64,000 nucleotides of DNA from Alphaproteobacteria bacterium (GTDB lineage: Bacteria; Pseudomonadota; Alphaproteobacteria; SP197), in NCBI GenBank assembly GCA_965228895.1, contig OZ245842.1:4480001-4544000 (forward strand). Reading direction: 5' to 3'. The notes beneath the pieces are model-generated. The model made no database searches and was not told the origin of the DNA. It worked only from the letters and a program-made list of their open reading frames with translations. Made by a program: the position numbers and the translations under genes. Below, one piece after another: positions 19,276 through 28,164 of the stretch (position 1 is the first letter of the stretch; every line of letters begins with the position of its first letter).

Positions 19276-20357
19276 ACCCGTCGCGTTTGATCGAACCGGA
19301 TGAACTGGAGCCGCTTGCCACCGGCGCCTGGATTCTGGGCGCGGGCGGCGGTGGTTCACCCTATGACGGTTACCTCAATCTCAGGCGGCTCTACCGGAAC
19401 GGCGCTCAGGTGGAACTCCTGGACCCCATGGCGCTCGACGATGACGATCTGGTCGCTGTCGTGTCGACCATGGGCGCGCCGCTGGTTGGCCAGGAACGCC
19501 TTGCCGATCCCGCCCTGTCGGTCAAACCGGTCGTCGCCATGCAGGACTATCTGGGGCGAACTTTCCGTGCGGTCATGCCGGTTGAAATCGGCGGCGGCAA
19601 CGGGCTGGAGCCGATGCTTGTCGCGTCCCAGCTCGATATCCCGGTGGTCGACGCCGACGCCATGGGCCGCGCGTTCCCGGAAGCCCAGATGACCAGCTTC
19701 GCCATTCATGGCCTTAAGATGTACCCAATGGCGCTGGGCGATATCCGGGGCAACGCCGTGATCGTCCAGAAAGCCGAAAACCCGAAATGGGTCGAACGCA
19801 CCAGCCGCGCCGTCTGCACCGCGCTGGGCAGCACCGCGCCAACCGCCAAGGCGCCGCGCACCGGCCGCGAGGTGAAGGACTGCGGCATCCTCTATTCGGT
19901 GACCCGCGCCATCAACCTGGGCCGCACGGTCCACGACGCGCGCGAGCGACATGTCGATCCCGTCACTGCCGTTCTGGACGGCGAAGGTGGCGCGTTGATG
20001 TTCACCGGCAAGATCCAGGACGTCGATCGGCGGACGACAGCCGGTTTCCTGCGTGGGTCGGCGCGCCTTGAAGGGCTCGACGGCGATCACGGCGCGACGT
20101 TCGAGGTCGACTTCCAGAACGAATACCTGATCGGCCGGCGCGACGGTCAGCCGACCGTCATGGTGCCGGACATCATCTGTCTGATGGATAGCGAGACCGG
20201 CGAAGCGGTGGGAACGGAGACCCTGCGTTACGGCCAGCGTATCGCCGTCATCGCGCTGCCGGCGCCACCGGTCCTCTCAACGCCGGACGGCCTGGCGCTG
20301 GTCGGCCCGCGCGCCTTCAACTACGACATCGACTACCGCCCGGCATTCAACGCCTGA
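19272..20357 (+). CDS. DUF917 family protein
   Basis: GAWILGAGGGGSPY, EIGGGNG, VDADAMGRAFPE, FQNEYL, VPDIIC, LRYGQR, VGPRAF motifs; GTGA overlap with pip. Confidence 0.85.
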   Translation: MNPSRLIEPDELEPLATGAWILGAGGGGSPYDGYLNLRRLYRNGAQVELLDPMALDDDDLVAVVSTMGAPLVGQERLADPALSVKPVVAMQDYLGRTFRAVMPVEIGGGNGLEPMLVASQLDIPVVDADAMGRAFPEAQMTSFAIHGLKMYPMALGDIRGNAVIVQKAENPKWVERTSRAVCTALGSTAPTAKAPRTGREVKDCGILYSVTRAINLGRTVHDARERHVDPVTAVLDGEGGALMFTGKIQDVDRRTTAGFLRGSARLEGLDGDHGATFEVDFQNEYLIGRRDGQPTVMVPDIICLMDSETGEAVGTETLRYGQRIAVIALPAPPVLSTPDGLALVGPRAFNYDIDYRPAFNA

Positions 20358-20524
20358 CAAGCCATCTCGGCCGCGCGCTGTGGTGCGGCCTCACGAACGC
20401 CGAGCAAGCCTTTGACGGGAGTCCGTTCGATCGATGCATCGACCGATCACCAAAACGTATGGAATTTCTTGATCACCGTATTTTTTTCGGTATTTATGAA
20501 ATCTAGAGACTCGGAAGTTTCTGT

Positions 20525-21157
20525 TTGGAGGCGGCGGCAAAGTTGAGCAAACGGACGGCAAGCGTGCCAAAACAAACGCCTGTCGAACGCGACGGCATCG
20601 ATGACCCAGCGGCGCTCTATGCCATCGGCGGCATGATCCGCCAGCGCCGGAGGGAACTGGGACAGACCCTTGAGCACGTCGCCTCGTCAGCCGGCATCGG
20701 CATCGGTTTCCTTAGCGACATCGAACGCAACAAGGCATCGCCATCCGTGGCGACACTCTTCAAGATCTGCGACGTCTTGGGTATCTCCATCGGTTCGCTC
20801 TTCAAGAGTGAGCAGTCCTTTCTCGTGCGCGCCGGTGAACGCGAGACCATGCGTTATGGCGGGCAGGACATTCTTTTCGAGTTGCTGAACGCGCGCCAGT
20901 CGCGATCGATCGCGGCGGTGCTCGGCCAGTTGGAGCCGAACGGCATGTCAGGCGAGGATCTGCATGTCTTGGATAGCGAGGAGGAGTTTGTCTTCGTCAT
21001 CGAAGGCGAGTTGGTGTGGGAGTTCGAGGACGAGACCCTGCACCTGAAAGAAGGCGATGCCCTGACGGTCAACCCGAACCGGCGGCATCGTTACTACAAC
21101 CCGTCTCCGGATAAGATTTGCCGCGCCCTCTGCATCATCTCACCACCGCCGAGGTGA
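20525..21157 (+). CDS. XRE-family HTH plus cupin transcriptional regulator
   Basis: IRQRRRELGQTLEHVA...FLSDIERNKASPS HTH; EEFVFVIEGEL...LKEGD...HRYYN cupin. Start codon uncertain. Confidence 0.85.
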   Translation: MEAAAKLSKRTASVPKQTPVERDGIDDPAALYAIGGMIRQRRRELGQTLEHVASSAGIGIGFLSDIERNKASPSVATLFKICDVLGISIGSLFKSEQSFLVRAGERETMRYGGQDILFELLNARQSRSIAAVLGQLEPNGMSGEDLHVLDSEEEFVFVIEGELVWEFEDETLHLKEGDALTVNPNRRHRYYNPSPDKICRALCIISPPPR

Positions 21158-21163
21158 ACGTAA

Positions 21164-22639
21164 ATGCCTCACCCGCAGAACCGTCTGCCCCAGGTTTCCC
21201 GCGAGCCCGTCACGGTCTTGTGGAATGGCAAACACGTGCCCGGCCTCAAGGGCGACACCCTTGCCGCAACGCTCTATGGCCATGGCATTCGCGCGGTGGC
21301 GAGGTCGCGGAAGTTCCATCAGCCGCGAGGGTTGTCGGGAAGTTTTGTCGCCGGTCACCTGGCAACGGTGGACGGCGTTCCACACTGCCGCCTTGACCGT
21401 ACCGCCACAGCGGAGGGCCAACGGGTCGATCTCGAGAACGTCTGGCCGTCCGCCCGGTTCGACCTCATGTCCCTGGCACGATTTCTCCCGCGAAAGATGG
21501 TGCGCGCGGGTTTCGAACATCCGCGCTGCATACCCGACGGCTCGTTCGCATGGAAGATCTGGGAGCGAACGCTATGGCAGATGGCAGGTGAAGCGGATGC
21601 ACCGGCTCCTTCGAGCGCCAGCGAGACTTTGGCCAGGCATCTGAAGGCCGACACCCTGGTGATCGGCGGCGGACCAGCGGGCATAAAGGCCGCGACATCC
21701 GCATCTGGCAGCGTGGTTCTGGTGACCCGGTCCAGGGAACTCGGCGGGATGGCGTTTGGCGCCGACAACACGTACCCGCCTCTACCGGAAACCGTGACCG
21801 TCCTGACCAACCACGAAGTCTACGCTTTGTTCGACGAGGCCCGAATCGCCATGGCCGCGCCCAACAACCCGCGGGAACCGTGCGTTCTCATCGAAGCCGA
21901 CAAGGTTATCCTCGCGACCGGCACCTGCTCGACGCCGCCGCTGGTGGCTGGTGCGGCTCTGCCCGGCGTTCTCGATGCGCGGACGGCATTACATCTTGCG
22001 GCGCGCTACGGCGTGCCTCCCGGCAAGCGCACCGTGGTCATCGGCACGGCGCGCGGCGGAGCCGTCGCGGAGCGGCTGGTCGCACTGGGATGCGACATCA
22101 TCGACGTCATCGATGTTGCAGATGTCGACCGCATCGACGGACGCGACTGCGTTTCGGCGGTCCGCGCCGGCGGACGAAGCATAGCCTGCGACGCGGTCGT
22201 TCACGCCAGCCCATGGCGCGCCGATCCCACCTTGCCGTTTCAGGCATGCGCCGATGGCGAGCTTCGGTTGGCCGCCGGCAACCTGCCCGGCCATGTCTCC
22301 CAAGTCGGCGCCTGTAGCGAACCGGATGAGGCCGTCTCGTTTGGCCGCGCCCTAAGTCGAGACGCCCTTGTCTGCCCGTGCATGGACGTGACTGTCGACG
22401 AAATCCTGGACCTGATCGATCGCGGTATCGGTCATGTGGAGGAGCTGAAACGGCGCTCGACCTGCGGAATGGGTACCTGCCAGGGGGTGCCATGCTGGAG
22501 TTATCTGGGCGCCGTCCTTGCCGATGCGACCGGGCGGTCCCTCGACGACATCGGCCATCCGACCTATCGGCCGCCCCGCGCGGCATTGACCGTGGGACAG
22601 GCGGCCGGGTTGGCGGAAATCACGGAGGTCGAACCATGA
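21164..22639 (+). CDS. Sarcosine oxidase/proline dehydrogenase alpha-like subunit with C-terminal BFD-like Cys cluster
   Basis: GDTLAATL...RSRKFHQPRG N-terminus, VIGGGPAG, C-terminal VCPCMDVT...CGMGTCQG.PC, RPP. Confidence 0.75.
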   Translation: MPHPQNRLPQVSREPVTVLWNGKHVPGLKGDTLAATLYGHGIRAVARSRKFHQPRGLSGSFVAGHLATVDGVPHCRLDRTATAEGQRVDLENVWPSARFDLMSLARFLPRKMVRAGFEHPRCIPDGSFAWKIWERTLWQMAGEADAPAPSSASETLARHLKADTLVIGGGPAGIKAATSASGSVVLVTRSRELGGMAFGADNTYPPLPETVTVLTNHEVYALFDEARIAMAAPNNPREPCVLIEADKVILATGTCSTPPLVAGAALPGVLDARTALHLAARYGVPPGKRTVVIGTARGGAVAERLVALGCDIIDVIDVADVDRIDGRDCVSAVRAGGRSIACDAVVHASPWRADPTLPFQACADGELRLAAGNLPGHVSQVGACSEPDEAVSFGRALSRDALVCPCMDVTVDEILDLIDRGIGHVEELKRRSTCGMGTCQGVPCWSYLGAVLADATGRSLDDIGHPTYRPPRAALTVGQAAGLAEITEVEP

Positions 22640-23805
22640 GCCTGCCGAACCGCAGTGAGATCGTTGTCGTCGGCGCCGGCATTCAAGGACTTTTGCTTGC
22701 CTTCAATCTCGCGGATCGTGGCAAGACGGATGTCCTCGTTCTGGACGCGGGCTACTGGCAGGGCGGTTCATCGGGACGAAATGGCACGCTCGTGCGCGGC
22801 GGTTTTTCGTCGCCCGAATGGACAGGGCTGTTCCAGCACTCGGTCGAACAGTGGAAGGGCCTTTCCTCGCGCCTGCGCCGCAACGTCATGTTTACCCGCC
22901 GGGGATACACCATCATCGCGGAATCCGATAAGACGCGCACGATGCTGGATGGCGCCTTCGACACGCAGAAGGCGCTGGGTGTCAAATCGGAGATGCTGAC
23001 GGAACGACGCCTGAGAGATCTTCTGCCGGCGATCCAACACGGCCGCATCAAAGGCGCCATTCATCTCGCTGAGGGCGGGACCGCGCCGCATCATGCCGTC
23101 ATGAAGGCGGCGTTGGACGCGGCGCGGGAAAAGAGTGTCCAAATTCATTATCAAACGGCGGTGACGGGTATCGAGACGACGGCGGGCAGGGTATCCGCCG
23201 TGTTGGTCGGCGATCAGCGGATCGAGTCCGACCTGACCGTCATCGCCGCCGGCGGCTTCTCCACCGACCTCGCCCGGATGGCGGGCGTGGACCTCGACGC
23301 CATGCCTTTCCGTATCGAGGCGGCCGCGACCGAACCGCTGCGGCCCTTGATCTATCCGGCGATCGCCCTGATCGATCGCTTGACCTATCTCCATCAAACC
23401 GCGCGCGGTGAAATCGTCGGCGGCAGCGAATTGCCGGGTGAGCGTGGCAAGCGCAATCTCAAATCCACCGCCTATGTCTTGCCGCGTTACGCCAAGCATC
23501 TCCTGGAGATGTTCCCGCAACTACGCGACATTCGTATCCTGCGGCAGTGGTCCGGCCTTCTCCATCCGGCACCCGACGGCGGACCGCTGCTGGGAGTCCA
23601 TCCTGATATCCGTGACCTCTGGTTCTCGGCAGGATGGACATACGGAATCGCGGGCGCGCCAGGCGCGGCGGACCTGTTGTCGAAGGCCATGCTGACGGGC
23701 AAGGTCGACAGCCGGATGGCTGCCTTCTCGGTCGATCGTTTTCGGCGCGGAAAGCCTTGCCTGGAAGCGTCCGCCGTCATCGACAACGCCAGCGTGGCGG
23801 CGTGA
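22636..23805 (+). CDS. FAD-dependent amine/amino-acid oxidoreductase (DAO family, SoxB/proline dehydrogenase beta-like)
   Basis: EIVVVGAGIQG, GSSGRNG, ILRQWSG...PDGGPLLG, GWTYG; ATGA overlap with the upstream gene. Confidence 0.85.
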   Translation: MSLPNRSEIVVVGAGIQGLLLAFNLADRGKTDVLVLDAGYWQGGSSGRNGTLVRGGFSSPEWTGLFQHSVEQWKGLSSRLRRNVMFTRRGYTIIAESDKTRTMLDGAFDTQKALGVKSEMLTERRLRDLLPAIQHGRIKGAIHLAEGGTAPHHAVMKAALDAAREKSVQIHYQTAVTGIETTAGRVSAVLVGDQRIESDLTVIAAGGFSTDLARMAGVDLDAMPFRIEAAATEPLRPLIYPAIALIDRLTYLHQTARGEIVGGSELPGERGKRNLKSTAYVLPRYAKHLLEMFPQLRDIRILRQWSGLLHPAPDGGPLLGVHPDIRDLWFSAGWTYGIAGAPGAADLLSKAMLTGKVDSRMAAFSVDRFRRGKPCLEASAVIDNASVAA

Positions 23806-23839
23806 CCTCGTAGCGTTTTCGATTTAGACACGGCCTCGA

Positions 23840-23955
23840 TTACGGAATCTTCGAGCCACGGGCCTCGCGCACGCTTTCGCCGAGGCGGGCGATGCCGGCT
23901 TCGATCTCCTCGAGCGTGAGGTAACCAAACGCCAGGCGAATGAAGGAGCCGGCGT
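23840..23955 (-). pseudogene. Remnant 3' end of a PLP-dependent aminotransferase
   Basis: Encodes AGSFIRLAFGYLTLEEIEAGIARLGESVREARGS, 29/34 aa identical to the C-terminus of 24866..25990; the similarity stops upstream of 23955. Confidence 0.75.
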
Positions 23956-24251
23956 TGACGTGACGCTTGAGATTGAGGAAGGCGCCTTCCACGTCTGGCA
24001 TCACGCCGCGCCCGTGGTGCCCGAGGCACAGTCGGCGATATCGCGCATCGGCGCCTTTGTTTTGAAACACACGAGCTGATCGCCAATCCTGAGAAACCTG
24101 ACGAGGAGAACGCGGTTGTTGCTGCGAACCACTGGGCACCCACTCAACAACAGCTTGTGGCTACAAGCGGCCCTCCGCGTCGAACCGGAAGGATGTCCGC
24201 CTTCCACCCAAACGCTGACACCGTGGACCCGCTCTAGGACCACTATTGACC

Positions 24252-24725
24252 CTACGCGGACGTGTGCTCGTCGAGTGCTTTCGTCATCAGGACGAAAGGG
24301 CCCTCAGGGTACGATTGGAATTCGACAAACTCATATCCGAGAGCCTCGTAGAATGGCCGCGCGGTAACTGAGGAATGAACCATCAATTCTGAGATCGCAT
24401 TTTGTCGCGCGATCTCTTCAATCTCGGCAACAAGTACTTTCCCCAACCCTTGTCTCTGATAGGTGGGCTCTATGAACATCGAACGCAGATAGTCACGTCT
24501 TAGCCCCGCCGTGCCAACAAGGTCGACTCCTACAAAGCCAAGAAGAATGTGTTCATTTGCAATTCTTTCAGCGACCGGCTCCGGCTCAAAAATTGAGCAC
24601 AACAAGTCAATTGACTGTTGATCGTAATCTTTGGAATTCGACACGCGAATAGTACGCCGGATCAGTCCACTAAGCGGAACCGCATCGGCATCCGTTGCTT
24701 TGCGAATTTCGATCGGCTTCATCAC
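24252..24725 (-). CDS. GNAT N-acetyltransferase
   Basis: MFIEPTYQRQGLGK acetyl-CoA motif, ARPFYEALGY; visibly AT-richer than its neighbours. Confidence 0.88.
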   Translation of the reverse strand: MMKPIEIRKATDADAVPLSGLIRRTIRVSNSKDYDQQSIDLLCSIFEPEPVAERIANEHILLGFVGVDLVGTAGLRRDYLRSMFIEPTYQRQGLGKVLVAEIEEIARQNAISELMVHSSVTARPFYEALGYEFVEFQSYPEGPFVLMTKALDEHTSA

Positions 24726-24865
24726 GGCAACTGTATCCGGTCAAATGCGACGTCCGCAATCGGCCATCCTCCGGCAGGCGGAGCCACAATCGGGACGTCC
24801 GGGTTGCTCCGACCAGCGGGCATCATGGTCCGTCGGGCCGCACGCTCAGTTGATGAGTACGCACC

Positions 24866-25990
24866 TTAAAGCGTTGCAGAACCACGCGCCTGCCGCACGC
24901 TCTCGCCAAGACGGGCGATGCCGGCCTCGATTTCGTCGACGGTCGGGTAGCCGAAGGCCAGGCGAATGAACGGGCCGGCGTCGTTACGGATATGGAAGTC
25001 CGATCCGTGGGCGATGCTGACCTCGTTTTCCTCCGCGATCTCCTGCACGCGGCCGGGATCGACGTCGTCCGGCAAGCGCACCCAGATGAAGAGGCCGCCG
25101 GGCGGATGGGAGAACGAACATTCGTTGCCGAGATGCCGGTTAAGCGCATTCAGCATGGTGTCGCGCTTTTGCTTGAGCGCATCGTTGGCCATCTCGACAT
25201 GCTGCCAGAGCTTGTCATGCAGATATTCGTAGGTGATGGCCGCCGCGAGCGTATTGGGACCGGCGTCGTGGCGGCGCGCCAAGACCCGTTCCAGGAGCGC
25301 CGGCGACGCGGTCAGATAACCGAGCCGGACACCGGGCGCGAAGATCTTGGAAAGCGAACACAGGTAAATGTGCCGGGGATCGTCGTCGAGGGCGTAGAGC
25401 GCCGGCTGTTTGTCGCCGTCGAAATGCACATCGCCATAGCAGTTGTCTTCGACGACGATGCAATCGTAACGCCGTGCGAGCTCGATCAGCTTCAGCCGCC
25501 GCTCGCGCGACATGACCGCGCCGGTCGGGTTTTGGTATGTCGCGAGCGTGTAGATGAAGGGCGTTGGGCGACCCTCCTGGGCCAACCGCTCCAACGTCTC
25601 CGCCAGAGCATCCATGCGCATGCCCTCCTCATCGAGTGGCACGCCGACCATTTCGATGCCCATGGCATCAAAGGCCCTGATGCTGCCGACATAGGAGTAT
25701 TCCTCCATCACGACGAGGTCGTTGCCCTGGCTCGCGACTTCGGCGGCCAGCGTCACCGCCTGCATCGAGCCGTTGGTCAGGACGATGTGATCGGGATCGA
25801 TACGCACGCCCTCACGGTCGAACTCGCGCTCGGCCATCAGCCGGCGCATGCCTTCATGACCGAGCTTCCCGGGGTATTGGTTGAGATCCGCGGCCATGGT
25901 CGGCAGAACGCGGGCCGCCGCCTCGCCGAAGGCGTCGGCCGGAAAGGTCTCAGGGTTCGTGTTGCCGGTAGCGAAACTGAAACGGATCAC
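24866..25990 (-). CDS. PLP-dependent aminotransferase class I/II (MocR/2-aminoadipate transaminase-like)
   Basis: TNGSMQA, YQNPTG, VEDNCYG, SLSKIFAPGVRLG, GGLFIW. GTG start at 25990 after GGAG; the ORF-track extension lies in a repeat. Confidence 0.9.
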   Translation of the reverse strand: MIRFSFATGNTNPETFPADAFGEAAARVLPTMAADLNQYPGKLGHEGMRRLMAEREFDREGVRIDPDHIVLTNGSMQAVTLAAEVASQGNDLVVMEEYSYVGSIRAFDAMGIEMVGVPLDEEGMRMDALAETLERLAQEGRPTPFIYTLATYQNPTGAVMSRERRLKLIELARRYDCIVVEDNCYGDVHFDGDKQPALYALDDDPRHIYLCSLSKIFAPGVRLGYLTASPALLERVLARRHDAGPNTLAAAITYEYLHDKLWQHVEMANDALKQKRDTMLNALNRHLGNECSFSHPPGGLFIWVRLPDDVDPGRVQEIAEENEVSIAHGSDFHIRNDAGPFIRLAFGYPTVDEIEAGIARLGESVRQARGSATL

Positions 25991-26006
25991 GGCGTGATGT
26001 CTCCCG

Positions 26007-26142
26007 TAGAGCGGATCATGGTTAGGTGGAACCGTTTGACGGTCCCATCTAACCATGTGAATTCGCTCTCATCTATGAGAAGAGCAGATTCACCTCCTCC
26101 GACGGAATCGCGAAGCGATTCCGTCAAAACAGGATCTGCTCT
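26007..26142. repeat. Double-hairpin dispersed repeat, copy 1
   Basis: TAGAGCGGATC...GAATTCGCTCT then AGAGCAGATTC...GGATCTGCTCT; homologous to the copies at 36585 and 36759. Confidence 0.9.
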
Positions 26143-26248
26143 TGGACGAAGATTCATACTGGCATTGTCGCGGCGACTCAGCTAGCGATGCCTTCCGCTG
26201 CTGGTGGACCAGCTTTCTTTTGCCAGACCCGCGAATGGAGATGACGTG

Positions 26249-27160
26249 ATGAAAGTCGGCTATATCGGGCTTGGCGTCATGGGCGGGCCCATGGCGCTCA
26301 ACATCGCCAAAGCCGGGTTCGACCTGGTGGTGAACGATATCGATCGCGCCAAGGCCGAACCACAGACCGACGCCGGCGCGGTCTGGGCATCGACGCCGCG
26401 TGAGGTTGCCGAGGCCGCCGACATCATCCTGACATCGGTGCCCGGCCCGCCCCAGGTCGCCGCCGTCGCCGATGGTCCTGACGGCCTGTTGGCCGGCCTA
26501 AGCGATGGCAAAGTCTGGGCGGACATGACGACCAACCGGCCGTCCTTCGTCCGCGAGCTCGGCGACAAGGTGGCCGCCAGGGGTGCCGACATGCTGGACG
26601 CACCGGTGACCGGCGCGGTCGACGGCGCGCGGCGCGGCGAACTCACCATCTTTGTCGGCGGCGAGGCGGAAATCCTGGCCCGTTGCCAACCGATCTTCGA
26701 TGTCATGGGCAAGACCGTCGCAAGCGGCAAGCTTGGCGACGGCAATGTCGTCAAGCTGATCACCAACCAGCTTTGGTTCACCCATGCTCGTATCCTGGGC
26801 GAAGGTCTGGCGCTCGGCGCCAAGGCAGGCGTTGACATCCTGGTCCTGTGGGAAGCGATCAAGGCCAGCGTCGGCGACAGTTTTGTCGCCCACCACGATG
26901 CGCCCTCCATCTTCGCCGGTCACTACGATCCCTCGTTCTCGGTCGCGCTGTGCCTGAAAGACCTCGGGCTGACGACCGAGCTGGCGCGCGACATCGGCGT
27001 TCCCGTCGCGTTGACGGAAAAGGTCGAGGAACTCTTCGGCGACGCGAAGACAGCCTATGGCGGCGACGCGCCGGAGTTGACCGTCGTCAAACTGGTCGAG
27101 GACGCCGCCGGTGTCAGCCTGCGCGCCGAGGGTGACTGGGTACCGCATTGGGAGAAATGA
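26249..27160 (+). CDS. NAD(P)-dependent beta-hydroxyacid dehydrogenase (3-hydroxyisobutyrate dehydrogenase family)
   Basis: VGYIGLGVMGGPMA, LDAPVTG, KLITNQL, KDLGL. Confidence 0.88.
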   Translation: MKVGYIGLGVMGGPMALNIAKAGFDLVVNDIDRAKAEPQTDAGAVWASTPREVAEAADIILTSVPGPPQVAAVADGPDGLLAGLSDGKVWADMTTNRPSFVRELGDKVAARGADMLDAPVTGAVDGARRGELTIFVGGEAEILARCQPIFDVMGKTVASGKLGDGNVVKLITNQLWFTHARILGEGLALGAKAGVDILVLWEAIKASVGDSFVAHHDAPSIFAGHYDPSFSVALCLKDLGLTTELARDIGVPVALTEKVEELFGDAKTAYGGDAPELTVVKLVEDAAGVSLRAEGDWVPHWEK

Positions 27161-27170
27161 ACACAACACC

Positions 27171-27674
27171 ATGTCCGGCAAACACGCCCTTGAACTGCGC
27201 CATGTCGATATCAACAACTTCCGCGATGTCGGCCAGCTGAAGGTCGGCAAAAAACAAGCACGCTTCGTATGGAGCGGCGGCAGTCCCGTGGTCAACTGGC
27301 AGATCCTGGCTGACGCCGCCTATATCCCCGACTGCGAGCCGCGCGCGGCTTACGTAAAGAACAAGCTGGTCGGTCTCGTCGTGTGGTGCCGGCACCATCC
27401 CGGCGGCCGTTTTCTTGAACCGGCCATTCCCGGCGAATATGCCATCGATCACGTGATGATCGACAAGCGCCACCAAGGAAAGGGATTCGGCCGCCAACTC
27501 ATCGACGCGATCGTCGCCGAGTTGTTGGAACAACAAGACTGCCGGCGCATCGTGTTGTCGGTCGATCCAGACAACAAGAGCGCCATCAAGCTATACAAGC
27601 GCGCGGGGTTCCGTATCTATGGCCACGACGACGACGGCGATGTCTTGATGGAGTACATTTTGGATGAACGATAG
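27171..27674 (+). CDS. GNAT N-acetyltransferase (polyamine acetyltransferase-like)
   Basis: IDHVMIDKRHQGKGFGR, DNKSAIKLYKRAGF. Confidence 0.85.
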   Translation: MSGKHALELRHVDINNFRDVGQLKVGKKQARFVWSGGSPVVNWQILADAAYIPDCEPRAAYVKNKLVGLVVWCRHHPGGRFLEPAIPGEYAIDHVMIDKRHQGKGFGRQLIDAIVAELLEQQDCRRIVLSVDPDNKSAIKLYKRAGFRIYGHDDDGDVLMEYILDER

Positions 27675-28161
27675 CCGTCAGGGGGAACCTGACCTCCATC
27701 TGCGCGATGTCGATCTCGGCAACTACTACCCGATCATGATGCTGGAACTGGCCGACGATCAGCGCGACTACGTCTGGACCAACAGCGGGCCGCTGGCGGA
27801 AGCCGCCTATGTGCCGGGCTTCAGGCCGCGCGCGCTGTACCTGGGCAATGACCCGATCGGCCTTGGCCTTTGGGGGCCCTACTATCCCAGTTATGCCTAT
27901 GAAAGTGCGCCCGAAACCGGTGCCTACATCATCGACCACGTGATGATCGACAAACACCATCAAGGTCGGGGCTTCGGCCGTCGGCTGGTCGAAATGATGA
28001 TCGCCGAGATGCATGGCATCGCCGATTGCAAGCGCATCCTGCTCGCTGTCGATCCACGTAACGCAAACGCCATCGCGCTCTATCAAAAGCTGGGTTTCGA
28101 CGATGTCGGCCGCACCCACGAGGATGACGTCCTCATGGAACTGAAGGCAACGGCGACCTGA
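27664..28161 (+). CDS. GNAT N-acetyltransferase, tandem paralog
   Basis: IDHVMIDKHHQGRGFGR, NANAIALYQKLGF. Confidence 0.85.
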   Translation: MNDSRQGEPDLHLRDVDLGNYYPIMMLELADDQRDYVWTNSGPLAEAAYVPGFRPRALYLGNDPIGLGLWGPYYPSYAYESAPETGAYIIDHVMIDKHHQGRGFGRRLVEMMIAEMHGIADCKRILLAVDPRNANAIALYQKLGFDDVGRTHEDDVLMELKATAT

Positions 28162-28164
28162 CCG

